Of a stretch of 64,000 nt of DNA, positions 61,101-64,000 are shown piece after piece. The notes under the pieces are model-generated. The model saw nothing but the letters and a program-made list of their open reading frames with translations, was not told where the DNA came from and did not search any database. Where the stretch lies: assembly GCF_009914755.1 (NCBI RefSeq), contig NC_060935.1. The stretch is one strand, 5' to 3'. The translations under genes and the position numbers were made by a program. Source of the DNA: the human T2T-CHM13v2.0 reference genome, Homo sapiens. The first letter of the stretch is position 1; each line of letters starts with the position of its first letter.

Positions 61101-61496
61101 CGCCCGCTTATTGTGTAGGCCCCAACGGTGTCTAGCCAGGAAAGCAGAGCTGGCCTCTAAGAGGGTCTCAGATAGGGTGGGGGCCTGGCCTCAGTTCCAT
61201 GGGGGGTCTCCGAGGCCTCAGGCTGCTTCCTCCCCGGGGGAGACAGCGAAGGGCCTGGGGCATTGGGCCGGGCGGCGGGAGGGGACCCCGGCTGTGCGGA
61301 CCCTTTTCCTGGACAAATGTTTACTCCCACAGAACATCTCAGAGAGAAGGGGCGGGGGGGTGGGAAACCCGGCAGCCTGGCTCTGGGGACCCCCACACTA
61401 GTTTGGCCCAAAGAGAGCCTCGGCTTGGTGCCCCGGGGCCACCCAACACCTTCCTCCTCCCTCCTCAGCCCATCCAGAATGTACCCGCTGCTGGGA

Positions 61497-61512
61497 GTAA
61501 AAATAGCAGCTG
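61497..61512 (+). promoter_or_regulatory. MEF2-like site abutting an E-box
   Basis: GTAAAAATAG immediately followed by CAGCTG. Confidence 0.45.
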
Positions 61513-63219
61513 ACACCTCCTGGAGGCGGAGGGAGGACCTTGCCTCCTTCTCCAAGCACGTCCTCTGCATCCTGGCCTCCTTCAGCCTCCTCCTCTGGCC
61601 ATTCCTATACTTGGTAAGGGGCCTGCACGGGCATAGCCCCCCCCAGCAAGACTCCGCACACACCCCGGCCACCCAGTCACTGGCCAATGGGCTCCTAGGA
61701 AGATCAAATGTCACTATAACACGAGGGTGTGAGCCGGGCGCCAGTGCCTGCAGCCGGTGCTGTCCACAGGGAGCTCCAGCCCTTCTCACACTCGACCCGC
61801 AGGTGGGTATAGGCAGGAGCGGCCACCCAGGACTGGGGCCGACGGGGCCTCCTGCGTGCGGGTGGACAGCCCCTCGTTCCAGGGACACTCTGGGGTCCTG
61901 GGGCGCTGAGGTCCCAGGTCCGTGTGGTGCCGAGCATCTCGAAGCATCATGGCTCGGAGCCCCCAGGTGGCTGCTCCAGCGTCCGGAGAGTCTGGGATGC
62001 GGACATGGTGGTGTGATGGTCTCAGCACCGGGAGGATGCAGAAGAAGGCAGAGTGTGGGAGGCCAGGAGGGGGCAAGTCGGGGCTCAGGGAAGCTCAGTG
62101 CTAGGGAGTGGCCTGAGGGCAGGAGGCAGAGAGGTGCGGGCTGTGAGCGGCAGGGAAGAGGCTGTGCAGGGGTGCTGCCAGGGCTTAGGTTGCCAGCTTG
62201 TGGTCGCCATGCAGACATTTGCCCAGGCCCGTCCTGGCCTTGCCATGCAGCTCTCGCACCTGGGCCTCCAACACCGCCATTTTGTAGAGATGAAAACGAG
62301 GACAGGAGGGCAGGGGCTCCTGTATGGCCAGCCCGAGTGTGTTGGGGTGGGGGCGTCTAAAGCCCACGCAGCCTTGGGGGCCAGCGTCTGGAGGTGCAGG
62401 ACAGAAGTGGACAGGGGCTGGACTGGGGCAGGACGGGGCAAGAGTGAGGGGCTGGGCTTCATCGCGTCCCCCTGGCTGGAGGCTGGAGAAGCTGGCGCTC
62501 GTAAGAGCCCCCACCCACCCTCCCTGCCCTGGACACGGTCCCCCTGACTTGTGCCGTCTGATCAGGCCTTGGCTGCCCCTCCTGAAGTCCACGGAGGGAC
62601 ATGGGGCAAAGCAAAGGTTGGCTGGGTGGAGAACAGGTCTGGGGGCATGGTCAGGGCCACAGCAAGCAAGGGGCAGCGGCTTTTGCCTCCCCACCCTGCC
62701 CTGGCCCCGTCACCTCCCAAGGAGGGAAAGGTGATGCATACGTGCCCGAAGAAACTGACCGCATAGGTTATTTTCACGCAGCCCCTCCAAGGCAGGCACT
62801 AACTGAACACCTGCTTTGCGTCTCAGCTGTTGAAATGCCATCCCCTGCCCCCAGCACACCCCTGCCCCCAGCACACCCCTGCCACCAGCCCCTCCCCGCA
62901 ACAGAGGCAATGACACAGGCCATACTGGGGGGAACAGAACAGCCTTGTGTTGCTTCCAGGCGCTCAGCAGAAAACCAGGCGCCTCAGTTTCCCCACTTGG
63001 AGAGTGGGCCTTTCCAGCGCACGTCGGGGGGCCTGGAGGTCACCCTGCCTGAGGGTGTTGGGGCACCCATGTGACTCTGGCCTGGGGGGACAGGAGGGAA
63101 ATATGAGGAGCTGGGGAGGGCCTGGGTGCCCGAGGGTGAGGGGGCAGCTGTGGGCCAAGGAGGGCTGGGCTGTCACACCCGCCTCACCCACGTCTTGGGT
63201 TTCTGGGCAGAAACGTCTT

Positions 63220-63320
63220 GCCTATTTCTGGACACCTCAGCTGCCACTGGCTCCTTATAAATAACCCACCCCAGGCGAGGGCCACGCTGCCCCCATCTTG
63301 TGGCAGCCGACAGGTGTCTG
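63220..63320. promoter_or_regulatory. Muscle-type regulatory module
   Basis: CTATTTCTGG 63222, CAGCTG 63238, perfect MEF2/TATA TTATAAATAA 63255-63264, CCCACCCC 63265 and CAGGTG 63311. Confidence 0.6.
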
Positions 63321-64000
63321 CCCCGCCAGCGTCGGGCTGGGCACAGCAGGGCGGGGCCAGGCTCCGCTCCCTCCCTTCACTGACCCTCCTCCTCCTTACA
63401 GAGGATGGCCCTAGAGGAGTCTGTGGCGTTTGGGGCCTGAACCAGCTGGGAGGACAGCACGAGGGGCTGGTGGGCAGCCTGGGACTGGGTCACACCGGGG
63501 GCCTGGACAACACTGGCTCGTGGGGCTGAGGACTGAGGAGAGCCTGGCCCAGCCGTGGCAGTTACAAGAGGCTTAACCTGAGGGGCAGCAGAGTCTCAGG
63601 AAGAGATTCTGGGATAGGAAAAAGCTACCCCCGTTGCCTGGAAGACAGCTATCTGCTGGGTAATTTTGCATGGAGCTTAAGTTGCTCTGGGAAAATTAAC
63701 ATTCTTGACAGAGGGTTTGGAAAACGGTTCCCACCTCAGCAGTGCAACGTAGATGCATTTTTAGCTGATGAACGTGTGTTTTCCTTATACAACACTCCCA
63801 GGGGGGACCGTAGCTATTGTCTTCGAGTAATCTGTACTGTGTTGTAATGAACTTTGTTTTCTAAAACCCTGGCCAACATGCCGGTGCAGCTGCTCAGAGC
63901 CTCCCCAGGCCTGGCCGCCCAGTGTGCACGGTGGCCAGCTCACAGAGAGACGGTCCCCAGCATGCTGGCCTGGCGCCACCACCGCACATGGACAGGGCAG

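Noticed and set aside
61157-62360. Overlapping 353-aa and 365-aa ORFs; a lncRNA I recall in this interval
   Set aside because: GC-rich chance ORFs without recognisable domains; no lncRNA exon structure can be established from sequence alone.

Overview
Human (primate) GC-rich genomic DNA, recognisable as the 11p15.5 SYT8-TNNI2-LSP1-PRR33 cluster. Plus strand: the last five coding exons of SYT8 (1-1230); complete TNNI2 (182 aa, with 8-nt and 7-nt coding micro-segments, an alternative MSQCK start exon and an intron-1 MEF2/E-box/CACC enhancer); and complete LSP1 (339 aa from 10 coding exons, 16943-51457, plus a 3'UTR exon to ~56160). LSP1 has a 27-kb first intron holding alternative exons, MIR4298 and many minisatellites. 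Minus strand: PRR33 (479-aa single-exon ORF) is nested antisense in the last LSP1 intron. The spliced TNNI2 and LSP1 CDS lengths close exactly (549 and 1020 nt). The rest is Alu, MLT1, L2 and L1 remnants, GGAT-type arrays, VNTRs and a (TTAGGG)4 tract. The best new observation is at 28996-29056: an apparently disabled copy (ATG>CTG plus a 1-nt frameshift) of the coding first exon of the non-lymphoid 'S37' LSP1 isoform. An in-frame 471-nt cassette exon follows it. Together they could explain the odd long and N-truncated human LSP1 isoforms. Gene, miRNA and SNP names and the mouse S37 peptide are from memory, not from a database search.
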